In this document: positions 12,556-26,370 of the stretch, piece after piece | Numbering within the stretch: the first letter of the stretch is position 1 | How the letters are laid out: each line of letters opens with the position of its first letter | Source: Octopus sinensis | Lineage: Eukaryota | Length of the DNA stretch: 64,000 nt | Direction: 5' to 3' | Assembly (NCBI RefSeq): GCF_006345805.1 | Contig: NC_042997.1 | Location: 26,102,001-26,166,000 of the forward strand | Position numbers and translations under genes: made by a program | The notes under the pieces: model-generated | The model's input: the letters and a program-made list of their open reading frames with translations, nothing else | The model's database searches: none | Told to the model about the DNA's origin: nothing

Positions 12556-12940
12556 GCGGAAGCGCAATGGCCCAGTGGTTAGGGCAGCGGACTCGCGGTC
12601 ATAGGATCGCGGTTTCGATTCCCTGACCGGGCGTTGTGAGTGTTTATTGAGCGAAAACACCTAAAGCTCCACGATGCTCCGGCAGGGGATGGTGGTGATC
12701 CCTGCTGTACTCTTTCACCACAACTTTCTCTCACTCTTACTTCCTGTTTCTGTTGTACCTGTATTTCAAAGGGCCGGCCTTGTCACTCTCTGTGTCACGC
12801 TGAATATCCCCGAGAACTACGTTAAGGGTACACGTGTCTGTGGAGTGCTCAACCACTTACACGTTAATTTCACGAGCAGGCTGTTCCGTTGATCGTATCA
12901 GCTGGACCCTCATCGTCGTAACCGACGGAGTGCTTCCATC
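12556..12940 (+). mobile_element. tRNA-derived SINE, family B
   Basis: Head GGAAGCGCAATGGCCCAGTGGTTAGGGCAGCGG...GGTTTCGATTCCC; tail CGTCGTAACCGACGGAGTGC; near-identical copies at 36351, 45481 and 48903. Confidence 0.9.
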
Positions 12941-13431
12941 CAATTCCCTAAAGCTGTCGATAAGTTACACAAAAATCAGTATTGATAACCGACTTGCAAG
13001 TCATTATTTATTCCATTTACACAAGATATTTTTTATATACACATACACACCAGTAATGTTGATTTCATTTTCGTTTGCCTCGAAATATCTCCAAAATTAA
13101 TTCTTCTCAATACATTGTCATAGCATAAATCTTCCCTACCAACTAAACGAAGGTAAAATAATAAAAGTGATTCCGATCTGCATCCTCGGAGACACCATTT
13201 TGGTTGAAACTGGAGTTCTCAACTCAATGATCACCCATTCTTATAGTTCGAAGTTTCCACTGAAACTGTTAGTGTCATTATTAGTAATCATAGAAATAAA
13301 TAAAATAATAATAAATAAGGATGCAGTGAAATATAAATGGCAAATATATTTAGACTCTTCTAGCTGATGTTAGTTTTGATTGTCAACAGAGTCTGAACGG
13401 GGAAAATTGTTTTTGTTCTGTAGACTAAACA

Positions 13432-13819
13432 TCCCTATATATAAAAGTGAGGTTGTGTGTCTGTCTACTCCGATTTAGATTCCTAACTACTCCCACATTT
13501 TGCGATGCAGTTTAACCAAAACCGGTATCTTATAGACGTGATTCATATCGAGCCCTTCTGGGTATTAGCGCGCGTCTACGATGAGTCTACGATTTTAAAA
13601 ATAATTTACCATCATTTTTTCCATTTTAACGAATTTTTTTTAATAAAGGGAAGTAACTCTCTAAAAATTTCTACAATGAGTCAACGATTTTTAAAAAAAT
13701 TTACCATAATTTTTTTTCCATTTTTAATGCATTTTTTGCTATTTTTTGGCTATAACTCTCTAAAAATGCTTTATAGTTATTTCCCTTACAACCCGAGCAA
13801 CGCCGGGCGATACTGCTAG
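13432..13819 (+). mobile_element. Non-autonomous Helitron
   Basis: 5' TC followed by TATATATAAAA; 3' hairpin CCCGAGCAACGCCGGG then CTAG; inserted between A (13431) and T (13820). Confidence 0.85.
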
Positions 13820-14591
13820 TAATTTATAAACTTTGATTATCGTAAAATTATTCAAATTTATTCAATTTTGAAATGACAAATAATGTAAGTTTCTAAAGGA
13901 TTGAAACAAATTATCGAAATGTCATCGCACATTAAATAAAAAAGAAGAACTGAGGCAGAGATTTCGTAATTAATCATTGCTCCTTTGATTATCTATGTAT
14001 GTATATATACACTTAACAATTAATAGATGTGCATTTTTCCCACTCCAAAGTTTGAATATGGTGGGCATATATTAAGTGATTGATTTATGGATCATATACG
14101 CATAAAACATTTTTTTATAATAGAATGACTAATAATAGGTAAATAGTCCCACTGAAAATTACAATACTTACAAAATACATTTTTTTTTTGTAACAATATA
14201 TGATTCGAATGAATTTAATTGTTTAAATGTGAACATTTTAATAATGTAAAACCAATATTGCCACATAAATAATTATAAATTTGGAAATTTTCTTTGAAAT
14301 TACTGAAGATATCTGTGCCAAGTAAATACATTTATGCCTGTGTTTGTGTGCGTATGTTCTGTTTGTGCTCATTGTCTTATGTTTGTCTGCGTATGTGTGT
14401 GAGTATAAATCTCAACGTTCCTATAAAGGAAACAAACTCGTACAAGTGACTAGTGATATGGGTACGTCAGGAAGTAAAAATTAAACAGAAATTATTGCTT
14501 CAATTTTTTAATAGCTTTATGAATAAATACTGCTCGTCGAGTGTGAGAAAACAGTTCAACTCCTGAAGCCACCAATCTTCGACATGCTTAC

Positions 14592-14620
14592 GCGTTGTAG
14601 AATTCTCAGTTGTGGCTTCA
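14592..14620 (-). other. Candidate 29-nt microexon
   Basis: Acceptor TTTATTTTCTTTGTCTTCAG and donor GTAAGC flank TGAAGCCACAACTGAGAATTCTACAACGC (reads EATTENSTT). Confidence 0.3.
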
Positions 14621-15201
14621 CTGAAGACAAAGAAAATAAATCGACTCCAGCTGATATCTGAATGCGATTGGCAGCTTTAAGCTCTTAAGCTGGATTTATT
14701 AACAAAAACAGTTCATGAAACGAAATCACATTAATTATTCTTATCAGCAATATGATTTGAAAAAATAATTATCTGTCTTTTCTAATACGATTTAAAATAT
14801 TTAAGATCAATAGGATGATAAATAAAAGTTATATGAAAACATCGAATAAAATAGCATACAGTATTTAGTCCCATATTTTTACATTCTGTTGCCGGGTTCT
14901 GTACAACAGAATTTAGAATCGTCTTATGCTTTAGTCGACGTATTAATTATTTCTTTTTTATATAGTTGTTTTCTATAGCATTCTGAGCTTCCTTACTTTG
15001 CTTATAGCTTCTTGAATGATGCTGCTGTTGATATAATCAAATACAGAGATTGTTTAACATTTCAAAACAATTTTTCTGGCGATGAAACAAGGAACACATT
15101 TAGACGATACCTCTGTTTCATAGTATAAAATGTTTATTTATTATATCATTCTTTCCAAGTCAACAACAGAAACAAATTTATCACTCCATATTCATGCACA
15201 C

Positions 15202-15233
<32 letters not shown>

Positions 15234-15244
15234 TGACGGCGTAT

Positions 15245-15440
15245 GTATCGTTGGGATTTTCTTTCTCCGTATTCCATTCCTTGGATCTTTCCTTTTTCTA
15301 TGTTTCTGACAAAGAGCTCCGCTCGAAACGTTAACTCCTCCTTCTTTCTTTCCTTTCCTGAGCGTCCGATAACACTATACCTGTTCAACGTCCTCGCGTT
15401 GTTGTGTTTTCTCTTTGTTCATGTTTGGATTAACTATAAA
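15245..15440 (+). mobile_element. Short PLE-derived repeat with decayed hammerhead (CTGACAA...GAAACGTT)
   Basis: Homologous to 43090-43283, which retains CTGACGA. Confidence 0.65.
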
Positions 15441-15744
15441 TATGTGTGTGTGTGTATGTGCGTGTGTGTGCGTGCGTGTGTGTGTGGGGGGTGCGTGTGT
15501 GTGTTGATACAAAAAGTTTATAATTATAAGCATACTTATAATTAGGGTTCAGCAAATTGCTTCACCACATACCGAAATTTAGAAATAGCAGTTAAATACT
15601 ATTCCTCTGCCATAAGATATCTCCCAGGCAGCAATACTGTCCCGAAATACGTATGTGGTTAATCAAAGTCGGGTAGATTCGCTGTTTTTTCTCTTTACCT
15701 ACGTAAAATAAGAATATTACAGGAGCAAAAGTTAATCGTGAAAA

Positions 15745-17140
15745 GTCAGTCGGCTTGCAGCTCGGCACCTGGAGTGGCAAGTCGATGCCTCCTGACAGCA
15801 TCGTGGGACGTTGGACAGAGGGTCTGATTAATTTGCTGGTAGTTTGGTTCGGTGCAGACCTCCAAACAGAAGAACTGGGCCGAGGTATCGAGCAGGGTGG
15901 CCCACATAGTCAAGACCTGGTCTTGGTGGTGGCTATCCCTTAAAAGTAGGACGGAGTAGCCAATGTGTTCATTGCATCGGTCATCATCTTCTGACTAACT
16001 GTCGTTCCTTGCCCAGATTCGTGGTTGATCAAGCTGGAAAGAGAGCTAATCCACTTCTTGAGGAAGGGCTTGAAACCGCTTGTGGGACGCTCTATTTGCT
16101 GCCAACAACCGTTAAAGGTTGGGCTAGGGATGCCTTGGCTATTGATGCGCAGGCATGCGCTGAGGCATCTGTGGCTCTACCTGGGTGGTGAACGGGTGTG
16201 GTCTTCGCTGTGGACGGGAACCTTGGTTCTATCGTAGATCGAATTTGGCTACATGGTTTATGGAGTTTCGAAAGGTACTCCTTCTATTCTGTCGCTCGGG
16301 TAATGCCTGCGGTGGTGGTTCCACCGCATTCTTTATAGAGGGCTAGTAGAGGTGGAATGTGACGATACATTAGGGGAAACCCTAGGTCTCGACGATAATC
16401 AGCTGGCCAGTCTGTTCCAACGCACATTCGGGCCGAAGACCCTGGACAACTTTCAGAAGTCTCTGGCATGGCAGTGTTACCTCGGAGACTTACCGGTTCG
16501 GGACAAGCTCACAAGTCATAGTGGCCACGGCCCTTCGACCTGTCCATGATGCGAGCAAGATAGGGAAACCGCCCCACACGCTATTGTTCAGTGTTCGGAG
16601 GTGTCGGACGTGTGGGTTTATGCTGAACATCTGATGTCAAGTTCAGGAAGAGTACAGCTATCGACTGAGTCTATTGTAAAAATTGACTCGCGGGATTTCT
16701 TCTTGAAAGAAGGTAAGAATTGTTTTCTCATTGTAGAAGCAATTGAGAGAGAGGTAATTTGGAAGACGAGGCTGAAAGGGTGGAAGTCAGACATCTTCAT
16801 CTCTGGCCCTGAATTGGTGAATTATTTCACCTTTCACCTGAAAAGAAAAATAGGGCTAGAAAGAAAATGCCTGACTGCGACAATGTTTGATAATCGATGG
16901 ATGAATGTTGCACGAATGTTGCGCATGAATTGTACCTCATGAATGCGGCGCAAGGCGAGTCTCAGGCAACAGTGGTGAGGCGAAACTCGTGGGGTCAGAG
17001 TTGAACCCGCCTCCCCACTCCATCCGTAATGTCTTCGCGTCTGTGTTATCATCTGTTTTTATATTTGTTAAAAAAAATTTTAATTCATCTTTGTGTAAAT
17101 ATCATTCGTTAATCTGACCCATGTTCTCCCCCTGGTGTGA
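15745..17140 (+). mobile_element. L1/Tx1-clade LINE 3' fragment (RT C-terminus and zf-RVT), degraded
   Basis: IKLERELIHFLRKGLKPLVGRSICCQQPLKVGLGMPWL; FQKSLAWQCY..LPVRDKL...PSTCP; EREVIWKTR...FDNRWM. Confidence 0.85.
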
Positions 17141-17214
17141 AATTTTTAAAAAAATCAATTTATTCTTAGTGCAAGTTCTGAAGAATGCAGTTCGATTCTA
17201 ACAGTTATTTTTTC

Positions 17215-17370
17215 AAAGCATATTTTGCATTATGAGTTCAGTAACAGCAACAACGCAACGGAAAGTGCGAGGAATATTAATGCAGTATATGGGGGATCGG
17301 AACAAAAAGCGTACGCCTTTGGCAATGTTGATTCCAGAAATCCTGAGCCAGGAAAATGGAGTAGAGTATA
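17215..17370 (+). mobile_element. mariner transposase N-terminal relic
   Basis: ILHYEFSNSNNATESARNINAVYG resembles the mariner HTH start (LYEF..G.NA.EAARNIN.AFG). Confidence 0.6.
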
Positions 17371-17478
17371 TTTTTGATTAAAAAAGAACTTTGTTTATCT
17401 CAATTTTGAAAAGTAAAAGAAGTATAAAAAAAAACCGTATTATTTATGAGCTGAACCAATATGTGTGTGTGTGTCTGT

Positions 17479-17511
<33 letters not shown>

Positions 17512-19934
17512 TATGTTGGTAGGTAGGTAGGTAGGTTTACATATATATATATATATATATATATTGTGTGTGTGTGTGTGCGTGTGTATGTGTGTACGCG
17601 TAAATGTGTGGATGTGTGAATACGTGTATATGTATATATGCAGATAGATATACATATAATTTTCAACATTACCTACCCTTAAGAGTAGGTAAGTTAGGAA
17701 TATTCAAACCTTTCCTCTAATAGTGCACGGTTCTCCTGTAATTTGTGAAGCTTATTGAGTAGACATTTACAAAGATAGATCATATAAACTGTTTCTTTGA
17801 ATTACAAGAACTTTAATGAATGTTTCTAAGAATGGTTTTACAGCAGTTCAGATAAAAACACAACGTAGAATATTTCGTATTTGGAATCGAACACGAAGCA
17901 TTTCAAGTTTCTAACTAAATTTAAGCCTCTGTCCTGTACTTAATGACGGTAAAATCGGAAAACAAAAATTTAACGTACTTGAGCATTTGCGAACACATGT
18001 AAGTAGTTTTTCAATACCATTTGTTTCTCACTTTTGCAATCCCAGATGAAGATAAAGCATTTGTGTTGTTGTTTTTTTTGTTTTTTTTTTTTAATGGGTA
18101 GAGAAATGTAATGAAGAAAACCTGAAATATAAAACAAAAATGAAAAGTAAGAAGGAAAAGAGAAAGATGAAGAAACTAGAATGAAGGAAATACTGTATTA
18201 AGATTTGGTATCGAATTCTTTTATGATAAACACTGCTAAGAAGGAAAGACACTTTAAAAACCAAACCTGAAGAGGCTAGGGCGTAAAAAACAAGGACTGC
18301 AACAACAATAGCAACAACAAAATAAATAGTAAATAAATAAATGAAACCAATAATAAGAATACTTTCCAATTTACCATTCGATATTTGTTCTAGTAGATTC
18401 GTGATTTCTTAATTTATTTTTCTATTATTCACTTTTGTATTTTTTTCATTTTCCGTGTTGTTTTTCTTTTTCTTTTGTGTAAATTTCGTCTTTGTTTTTG
18501 AAATGTTGTTGTTGTGTGTTTGTGAAAGTCTTTGCTATTTGTGTAGTGTTATATACCTTTATGCTTTGTTGTTATTTCTGATGGTGTAGATAATGTTTTT
18601 ATTTATTTATTTATTATTTTGTCGTTGGTGATGTTGCTATTGCTATGGTCGCGACGTTGTTGGTGATGATGATGATGATGACGATGTTGATGTTGTTATT
18701 ATTGGTGATGGTGAGGATAATGATGATGATGATGCTGGTGCTTCAGTTTATTTTGTTTCCACTCATTTCATGACCGTAATAGAAAAAGTCTTTAAAATGC
18801 CCACTCTCTTTCTTTGCGTAAAGTTACTCGTTGACAATAAGTTCGATCACAGACGAATAGTTTTATTTTATTTTATTACGATTAATGTTGTTTGCTGTTT
18901 TTTTTTTTTTTTAGTTATTATTTGGTGTTGATGTCTTTCCATTTAAATTATTCTACCTTCATCCCTTTCTCTCTTTACCTCCACCCCCATCAATTTTTAT
19001 TTTTACTGTTAGTTTATATCTTGTCTTTATTATTCTGCTATATGTTAATCTATTTGTGTATTCTCTTCTATCTTTCTATCTATCTATCTATCTCTCTCTC
19101 TTTCTCTCTTTCTCTCTTTCTGTGTATTACTCTTTCTCTCTCTCTCTCTCTCTCTCTCTTTTAAACTTCTCTCTAACTATATTCTACTGAGTTCTCTCTC
19201 TATCACCCTCATTGCAACTTTCTTTTTTTTATAAGTATCTCTCTTCTTCTAAATCTTTTCTCGCTTTACTCAATTCTTATTATTCTTCTCTTTATCTTAT
19301 CTTAAATTCCATTTCTTTTCGTATTCCGTCTTTATCACACATTCTTCCCTTGCTGTTCATTTCGTGTTTTCGACCTGCTTTCACATTTTATATTTCCTTA
19401 TTTCAACCTCTGTCAACCTGATTATCTCTATTTATATATATTCTTATTTTATTTGAATTTAGTTTATAAACTTCGTAATTCAAACATTCATTTCTTCGTT
19501 TTCATTCGAAGTCTCCTTCACTTTCTTTACCTCTCTACTGAAATTTAGTCTTTTTTCTTTGAATTTCTCCCAAATTATTTTGGCTTTTTGTCTTCTAGTT
19601 CTTTTTTTTTATTTCAATACGCTTATTTCTTTATATTTCATCCTTTCAGCCTGCGAGTCCATTTATTTTTTACCTAACATTCTTCATTTTTTTTTTTTGC
19701 TTTTAGTATTCTCTTATTTAACTATATAAATATCAATCTATACGATTAGTTAGTTTTCTATTAAATTTACATATCTATCTTACTATTTACCTCTTTAAGA
19801 CTCAGTGTATATCTATCTATTTAATTATCTGTCGACATTACATCCCCCACTCTATCTCTCTGCATCACATATTCTTTCCTTGAATGTATATGCACTCATA
19901 TACACACAAACACATAAATACATTCACACATACA

Positions 19935-19981
<47 letters not shown>

Positions 19982-20081
19982 TATATATACATGTATGTAT
20001 GTATGTATGTATGTATATATATATATATGTATGTATTTATATATATATATATGTATGTATGTATTTATATATGTATGTATG

Positions 20082-20148
<67 letters not shown>

Positions 20149-20952
20149 CTATCTAGCAATGTGAATGCTTGTCCGTTTGTTTGTTCGTGTCTGTTTATAT
20201 CTCTATTTGTTTACTTGCAAAGTTTGTAAAATGAAATAAAAGAAGCTTCCATTTTACTGCCCTAAAGTAAGTGTATAGAATACAGACAATATCGTTGGTA
20301 ATATGGACCTGCAGGTTTGAACAACTTAATCAATTAACGGCCAAACAATCCAACAATATATTTAAGTCCAAGTAGAAATGACATACAGAGGTATCTACGC
20401 GCGCATACACACTACACACGCAAACACACACACACATACATACGCATACGCATACATGCATACACAAACATACGCACACTCTGGCACGCGCGCACACACA
20501 CACACACATGCTCAATAACTTACATATTCCTGCAACTCTACATACAGATAAGCATATGTACATTTATACATAGATAGTTATGCATTTATACATATATGCT
20601 TACACATATATATACATACATATATGTGTCAGTGTGCGTGCGTATGTATGTTTGTGCGTATAATATATTCTTCCATACATATATATATACTTACCAACAT
20701 ATAAGCATACAAATGTACAGACATTCATATAAAATTATATACTACGATGCATATACATGTACATTTACACACGCGTATACACATATGCACACATACACAT
20801 ATACATGCACATATAAAAACTTATAGACCCATACAAGCATATATATATATATATATATACACGCACATATATATATACATATATATATATATATAGCTAC
20901 CCACACACACATATATATTATGTATATGTATATATATATATGTGTTTGTGAG

Positions 20953-20988
<36 letters not shown>

Positions 20989-21488
20989 GCTACATATTTA
21001 GAGCCAAAGACGCATGTACATAGTCTAATATATTTTTCTATATTTCAATTATACCTACTACTTGCCATTTTTAAAAATATTTTCTTTTCCAGCCCATTCA
21101 GTTTCTCCTTTCTTTGTCTAATCTTTTCAAAAACTTTTTGTTTTGGGATTTTCTTTGCTTTAGTTTACTATTTATTTTTTATTCTTTTTTATTTTTTGTC
21201 TTGTTTACTTGGTTCCTTCCTTGTTTCGGTAATTGTTTTGTCTTGTTTGTGTGCAAAAATGATTATATTTGGGTGGAAGCGATTGTTTGTGTGGGAATGG
21301 AGTATGTGTGTGTATGTGAGTGAGAGAGAGAGAGAGAGAAAGGCAGAGTCTGTGTGCATATGAGAGTGTGTATGACACGTCTTTTCAAATATTCTAAACT
21401 ATTCACTTCTACTATATAAACACCTATGCATATATATATGTATGGCCTCAGCCGGATGGCTGAAACAAGTAAAAGAGTAAAAGAGTAT

Positions 21489-21524
<36 letters not shown>

Positions 21525-21586
21525 ATAATATATATATATATATTATATATAATAATATATATATATATACATATAATATATATACA

Positions 21587-21625
<39 letters not shown>

Positions 21626-21640
21626 TATACATATACATAC

Positions 21641-21686
<46 letters not shown>

Positions 21687-21952
21687 TATGTATATATATG
21701 AGCGTGTGGATAGTATATATATCTATGTGTGTACATATATATATATATATATTATCATTATCTTCTTCGCAAAACACATAACATACATTCATGTATATAT
21801 ACGCACACATGCATACAAACAAACGCAAGAGCAGTTTTATTTCACATGAATTGCACAACATAGAGAAACATACACAGACTGAGAAAGACTATGATGGAGA
21901 GTATATGTTGTACACACATATATGTATATTTCTTTGTATACATGAATCTAAG

Positions 21953-22268
21953 TGTGTGTTTGAGCTTCGTTACTATGGCAACATCCAGATACTTATTGAT
22001 CAGTTCACGTATAAAACTATGTGTGTATATGTGTGTGTGTGTATGCATGTGTTGGCGCGTGTGTACACGAACAGTGACACACATGGCATTAACACTCGCA
22101 TCCATACTCACGAACACGTATGCGAGTGTTAATGCCATGTGTGTCACTGTTCGTGTACACACGCGCCAACACATGCATACACACACACACATATACACAC
22201 ATAGTTTTATACGTGAACTGATCAATAAGTATCTGGATGTCGCCATAGTAACGAAGCTCAAACACGCA
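21953..22268. repeat. Near-perfect inverted repeat (149-bp arms, 18-nt loop)
   Basis: 21953-22101 pairs with 22120-22268 with about 2 mismatches. Confidence 0.95.
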
Positions 22269-22269
22269 G

Positions 22270-22690
22270 AGTGAAGCCGCACGGATTGACCTTGAGCTCT
22301 GCTGTGGATGCGCACTAAGTTTTAACGTTTTAGCTCACTCCCGCAGTTAATAGCAGTGCTTGGAAGTAACGTGTGTAGCGTGTTTTCGTCTCATTGACCA
22401 TGATAGAGAAAGTTGAGCAGAGAATTTGCATCGAATTTTGCACTAAGCTTGGTGAAACCTGCTCAAAAGTTTCCATCGTTATCGACACACTCATGATCTT
22501 GTGCAACTGAAACCAGAGTGTCTTTTTGATCCGTTGAAAGCAGTTTTGGCACAAAGTTGGTAGACACGCGTCTCATACCCAAATCTTCAGTGATAATGGA
22601 CTGAGCTGAACCGTAACTAATCTGCACATACTCTGATAACTCACGGATGGATGGTGATTCGACGATTTCCCCTCACAGCTGCACGCACAT
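22270..22690. mobile_element. Rearranged mariner relic (two transposase pieces in opposite orientation)
   Basis: Plus strand MIEKVEQRICIEFCTKLGET at about 22400-22470; minus strand SIRELSEYVQISYGSAQSIITEDLGMRRVSTNFVPKLLSTDQK at about 22490-22660. Confidence 0.75.
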
Positions 22691-23379
22691 CTGGAAATCC
22701 AATGCAAGATTGATGTCTAGTAAAAAGCAGCCTTATTGGGCACAGTGCACATCTTAAAGCAGATGACTAAAGTCTCCAGTGCATTTTTACCTACACTGTG
22801 TTACGAAGGAATAATGGTGATGATGATCATGATAATGATCATCATCATGATCATGATCATGATTTCTTTGGAACAGACTATCTAAAGTGTGGAGTGTTAT
22901 ATAGAAATTGAACGAGAAACCAAAGTCAAAGGAGGGGGAAAAATCGTGAGAAATTTAATATGTTCAAAGTATGATGAGAAAGGATTACACCTTTCTTATA
23001 ATGCACGTGGACCTCGACCAGAACCAAATAAGGAACCCCGAAGATAATTAAGTTCAAACAGCGCACTAATTGTAACACTCGTTCAACGACTGTCGCTTTT
23101 CGGCCTACAAGTGCTGGTTGAAAGCCGATCCATACACTGCTGTCCTTTTCACCGCTGACATTCACCTTTTATAGATTTACTGAAGATGAGTTCCTACTTC
23201 TCTCCTTTAATTTTCCTGTCCAATTGACGATAGTATTACAGGAAATGGAAAGCGCTCCTTATTTGTCCTTCGCCCCACCCTTTAACTACAAACATTGCTT
23301 CACTATTGTTTCTCGCATTCAGAGGAAAATTGCCTGCCTTTAAAGAAAGTGTTCTTAGCTATTGTCATGATTGGTTCAG

Positions 23380-23800
23380 TCGGTAGTAGAATTTGCCCTA
23401 CACTTGACAACAGCTGCTTCCAATAACTCTCCTATTCAGTAATTTCACGACACTGAATGTATGCTTGCAGAACGGTTTCATCGCACTGCACCTATCTCGG
23501 ACAAGTTCATCTGATGTCCTCTCGTGCTTGTAGAGTTTATCTTTAAAAACTTGGACCTTCGGTAGTACAGCTTATCTCTAAAAACTTTGGACCTTCAGTA
23601 GTACAAACATTTCTGGAATCGACCCAAAGCTTCTCCTTCTCCTAAACTGATCATTCAGTTCATTTTGTTAGATGCCCAGATCTTCCCCGGAGACGTAATC
23701 ACTGTTTTGTAGTCTTGAGATTTGCTTATGTAGATCTTCCGTCTACCACATTACCCTTATAAGACAGCGCTAAACGCCTGACAACGTAGCAGATTCCAGG
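23380..23800 (-). mobile_element. CR1/L2-type LINE 3' relic, heavily degraded
   Basis: Minus strand RRRRSFGSIPEMF and TRGHQMNL resemble CR1 RRRLRGDLIE.F and TRGH..KL. Confidence 0.5.
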
Positions 23801-24689
23801 CAACCACTCTTGGTCTTTACTTGAGATTTACAGACGAAGATCACACTTCTTCACCGTCAAAAAAGTCTGTTGTCACACCACAGCTGCTATGGAATTATTT
23901 TTGTGGAGGCAAAAAGAGAGAACACCCATAGCAGACCGAGTGCCTGATGAGTGGAAATATGACACCTTACGCCGCTGCGATCCAGCCTTTGAAGCATAAC
24001 CGAAATAGACCGTTATGAGAAAGCCGCCAAATAACTTTTAGATGACCATATCGAAAGACTACGAGTAATTAAAATTGATTAGAAAGCACTGAACCTAATG
24101 TTTTATGTACTCCATCTATGATACATCAGATGTGGTGAAGGTTGAAGGTTGTTAGTCGTAGATATGGTTTCGATTGAACATATTTTTGTGCATTATCAAT
24201 TAAATGACCGACGGCTAGCAACTGAGCCCAAATCTAAACTCTATATTTAGCAAAGTTATGGGCTGAAAATTACCGATTATGTTTCCTTTGCAGGCAGCAT
24301 TTTATAGAAGTGCTTTCACTTCTCGTTTCATTATGGTGAAACGCGTTGTGCGGCCAGTTGCAGCAGACGTCTGCCAAAGCATTGGTGAGCAATTCTGCCA
24401 TATGTTAATAACTGTCAGATGGCAGACCACACAAACCGACCGATATGCCTTTCGTACAAGTTGTCACAGTTGCTTGATTCTCAATTGCTGTTATCAGTTT
24501 TCGTAACAACTCACATGTATTGTTTTGCAGCAAGTTTCCGAGTTAGATACAAATGTCGACTACCTTTCAATCGCACTATTGTCTCTGAAGATTTCAGCAA
24601 AATGCTGTTTAGAATCGGCTACTACTCGTATGCTGTAGCTTTATTACTACATCGCGCCCCCATCATCTAGACCTTGTGATTTTAATAAA

Positions 24690-25790
24690 TCAGTGAATTA
24701 GCTTGTAAATGGCTCGACGCCAGAAATCGCTCGAAGAATTCATCGATCCATTTGTTTAGTTCCATTTCACTGTTGAAGGAAATACCCTTCTGACTGCGTG
24801 AGAGCGACTGAGAAAGGTAATTATCTGAAGGTGCTTTGTCAGGTGAATACGGTAGGTGCAGTAGAACTTCACAATCGTTGTCTTGAATAGAATTTACGGT
24901 CAAATTAGCGACGTGGGAGCAAGCGCTGGCGAGTTGAAAAAATACGCCGTGTCACCGGTCGGGTAGTTTTAGCTGGTTTCTCTCGTTGAGCGGGTGCTTT
25001 GGTTGAGCGGATTGACTAAGAGGTTGCTTTGAAGCATATTGTATTGGATTAACCCTTACCAGTCCCACCAAACACAGATCATTGTCTTATGAGGATGCAT
25101 CTTTGGCTTGGCTCGCACTGTTGTTTGACCATCGGGACACAGCCATTCTTTCCCTGCTTCATTTTAACGTAAATACTATTTAGCATCACTAGTGATGATG
25201 CGATAAGACAATCCCTCTGTTTATAAGTAGAATAGTGTCGAACAAGCAAAGTAGCGATGAAGGTGGTAGCGGACCGATGGAGTCTGTCTCTTTTGTTCAG
25301 AGCGTGTGACACCCATGCGTTGATTTTCTGAATCCTATCAATCGAATGAAAGTAAGGGATGACCCTATCATGAGAGCATCCCATCTGTTGATGGAATTAC
25401 ATCGAGAATTGGCGCGATCCTCTTCCATGTACTTGTTCAATCAATCCTCATTGAACTGAACAGTGTGGCCGGGATACAAAATATCTGGAGTCGACGTTTT
25501 CCGCCTTGAAGCGTGAAAATCATTTCTGTGGAGTTTTTTCAGAGGTAGTAACATTTTTGTACCCACCACAAACATGTCGAGTGGCTTTAACATCTTTGGA
25601 ATATTGAATGGGAGTGAAGAAAAGCAAGCGTCAAAAGTACTCGTTTTTCCTTCTTGATACTCAAACATCTTATGTCTGAAAAGAGATAAAATTTATTCAA
25701 AATTCAAAACCAATAAACAGAAGTTGTACAGGAACTATAGTACTGTAAAAGCCATAAAACGCAACGGTAAAATTATTATTTTTTTTTTGT
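24690..25790 (-). mobile_element. Decayed mariner transposon (near full-length transposase pseudogene)
   Basis: ORF pieces EYQEGKTSTFDACFSSLPFN (N-terminus), AWVSHAL (WVPHEL motif) and LLHLPYSPDKAPSDNYL (YSPDLAPSD motif). Confidence 0.85.
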
Positions 25791-26150
25791 CTTAATTCAA
25801 ATGACATCGGATTGAAACGAACGAATTTGTCATTTAGACTCAATAGATCTTAACATCTTACGCTCCCATTTGGCTACGGATGTGATATTGCAATGTGGAT
25901 ATATTCAGAGCGGTCCAAGACAATACGCACGACCACTGCCTCTAGCTGCATTTATGCTTTCAAAATATGCAGTCCCGAATCTGTTCAGGCACAGTTCCTT
26001 GAAAAAGAAGGCACTTCAACTGCCCACTAGATAGGATAACCACCTTTTCCCAATGCCTAAGTGTAACCTCTTCTCTTTACTACACTGCATCCAACATGAC
26101 CTCAGAAGTAATGCTGTCTGAGTGAATTTGCTGGACAAACTGTATAGAAC

Positions 26151-26267
26151 ACATTTACATTATTTACATTCGACAGATATTTGTTCTCATTCCTAAGGTA
26201 TTTTTCGATGTTATTATTATTATTATTGTTGTTGTTGTTGTTGTTGCTGCTGCGCTGCTGCTGCTGC

Positions 26268-26309
<42 letters not shown>

Positions 26310-26369
26310 GGTCACTGCTTGGAATCGAATTCGGAATCTCAGGGTTAGTAGCCGCGCTCTTAACCGCTA
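26151..26369 (-). mobile_element. SINE family E, inverted partner lacking the hammerhead segment
   Basis: Reverse complement of 26389 onward with a (CAA)/(CAG) tract; GGAATGAGAAC joins directly to AAATATCTGTCGAATG. Confidence 0.8.
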
Positions 26370-26370
26370 G

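Noticed and set aside
12556-12635. tRNA-like sequences at SINE heads (also 26371, 36351, 48601, 52008, 54995)
   Set aside because: They keep A/B boxes but no complete cloverleaf and run into SINE bodies, so they are not tRNA genes.
18050-19860. Strong purine/pyrimidine strand asymmetry
   Set aside because: Explained by degenerate simple repeats; no periodic or coding structure found.
20920-21861. Long ORFs rich in IY/YI/MYV/HT here and at 27926-29790, 37419-38957, 41738-42090 and 48067-48655
   Set aside because: Translation artefacts of (TA)n, (TG)n, (TATG)n and (AAT)n microsatellites.
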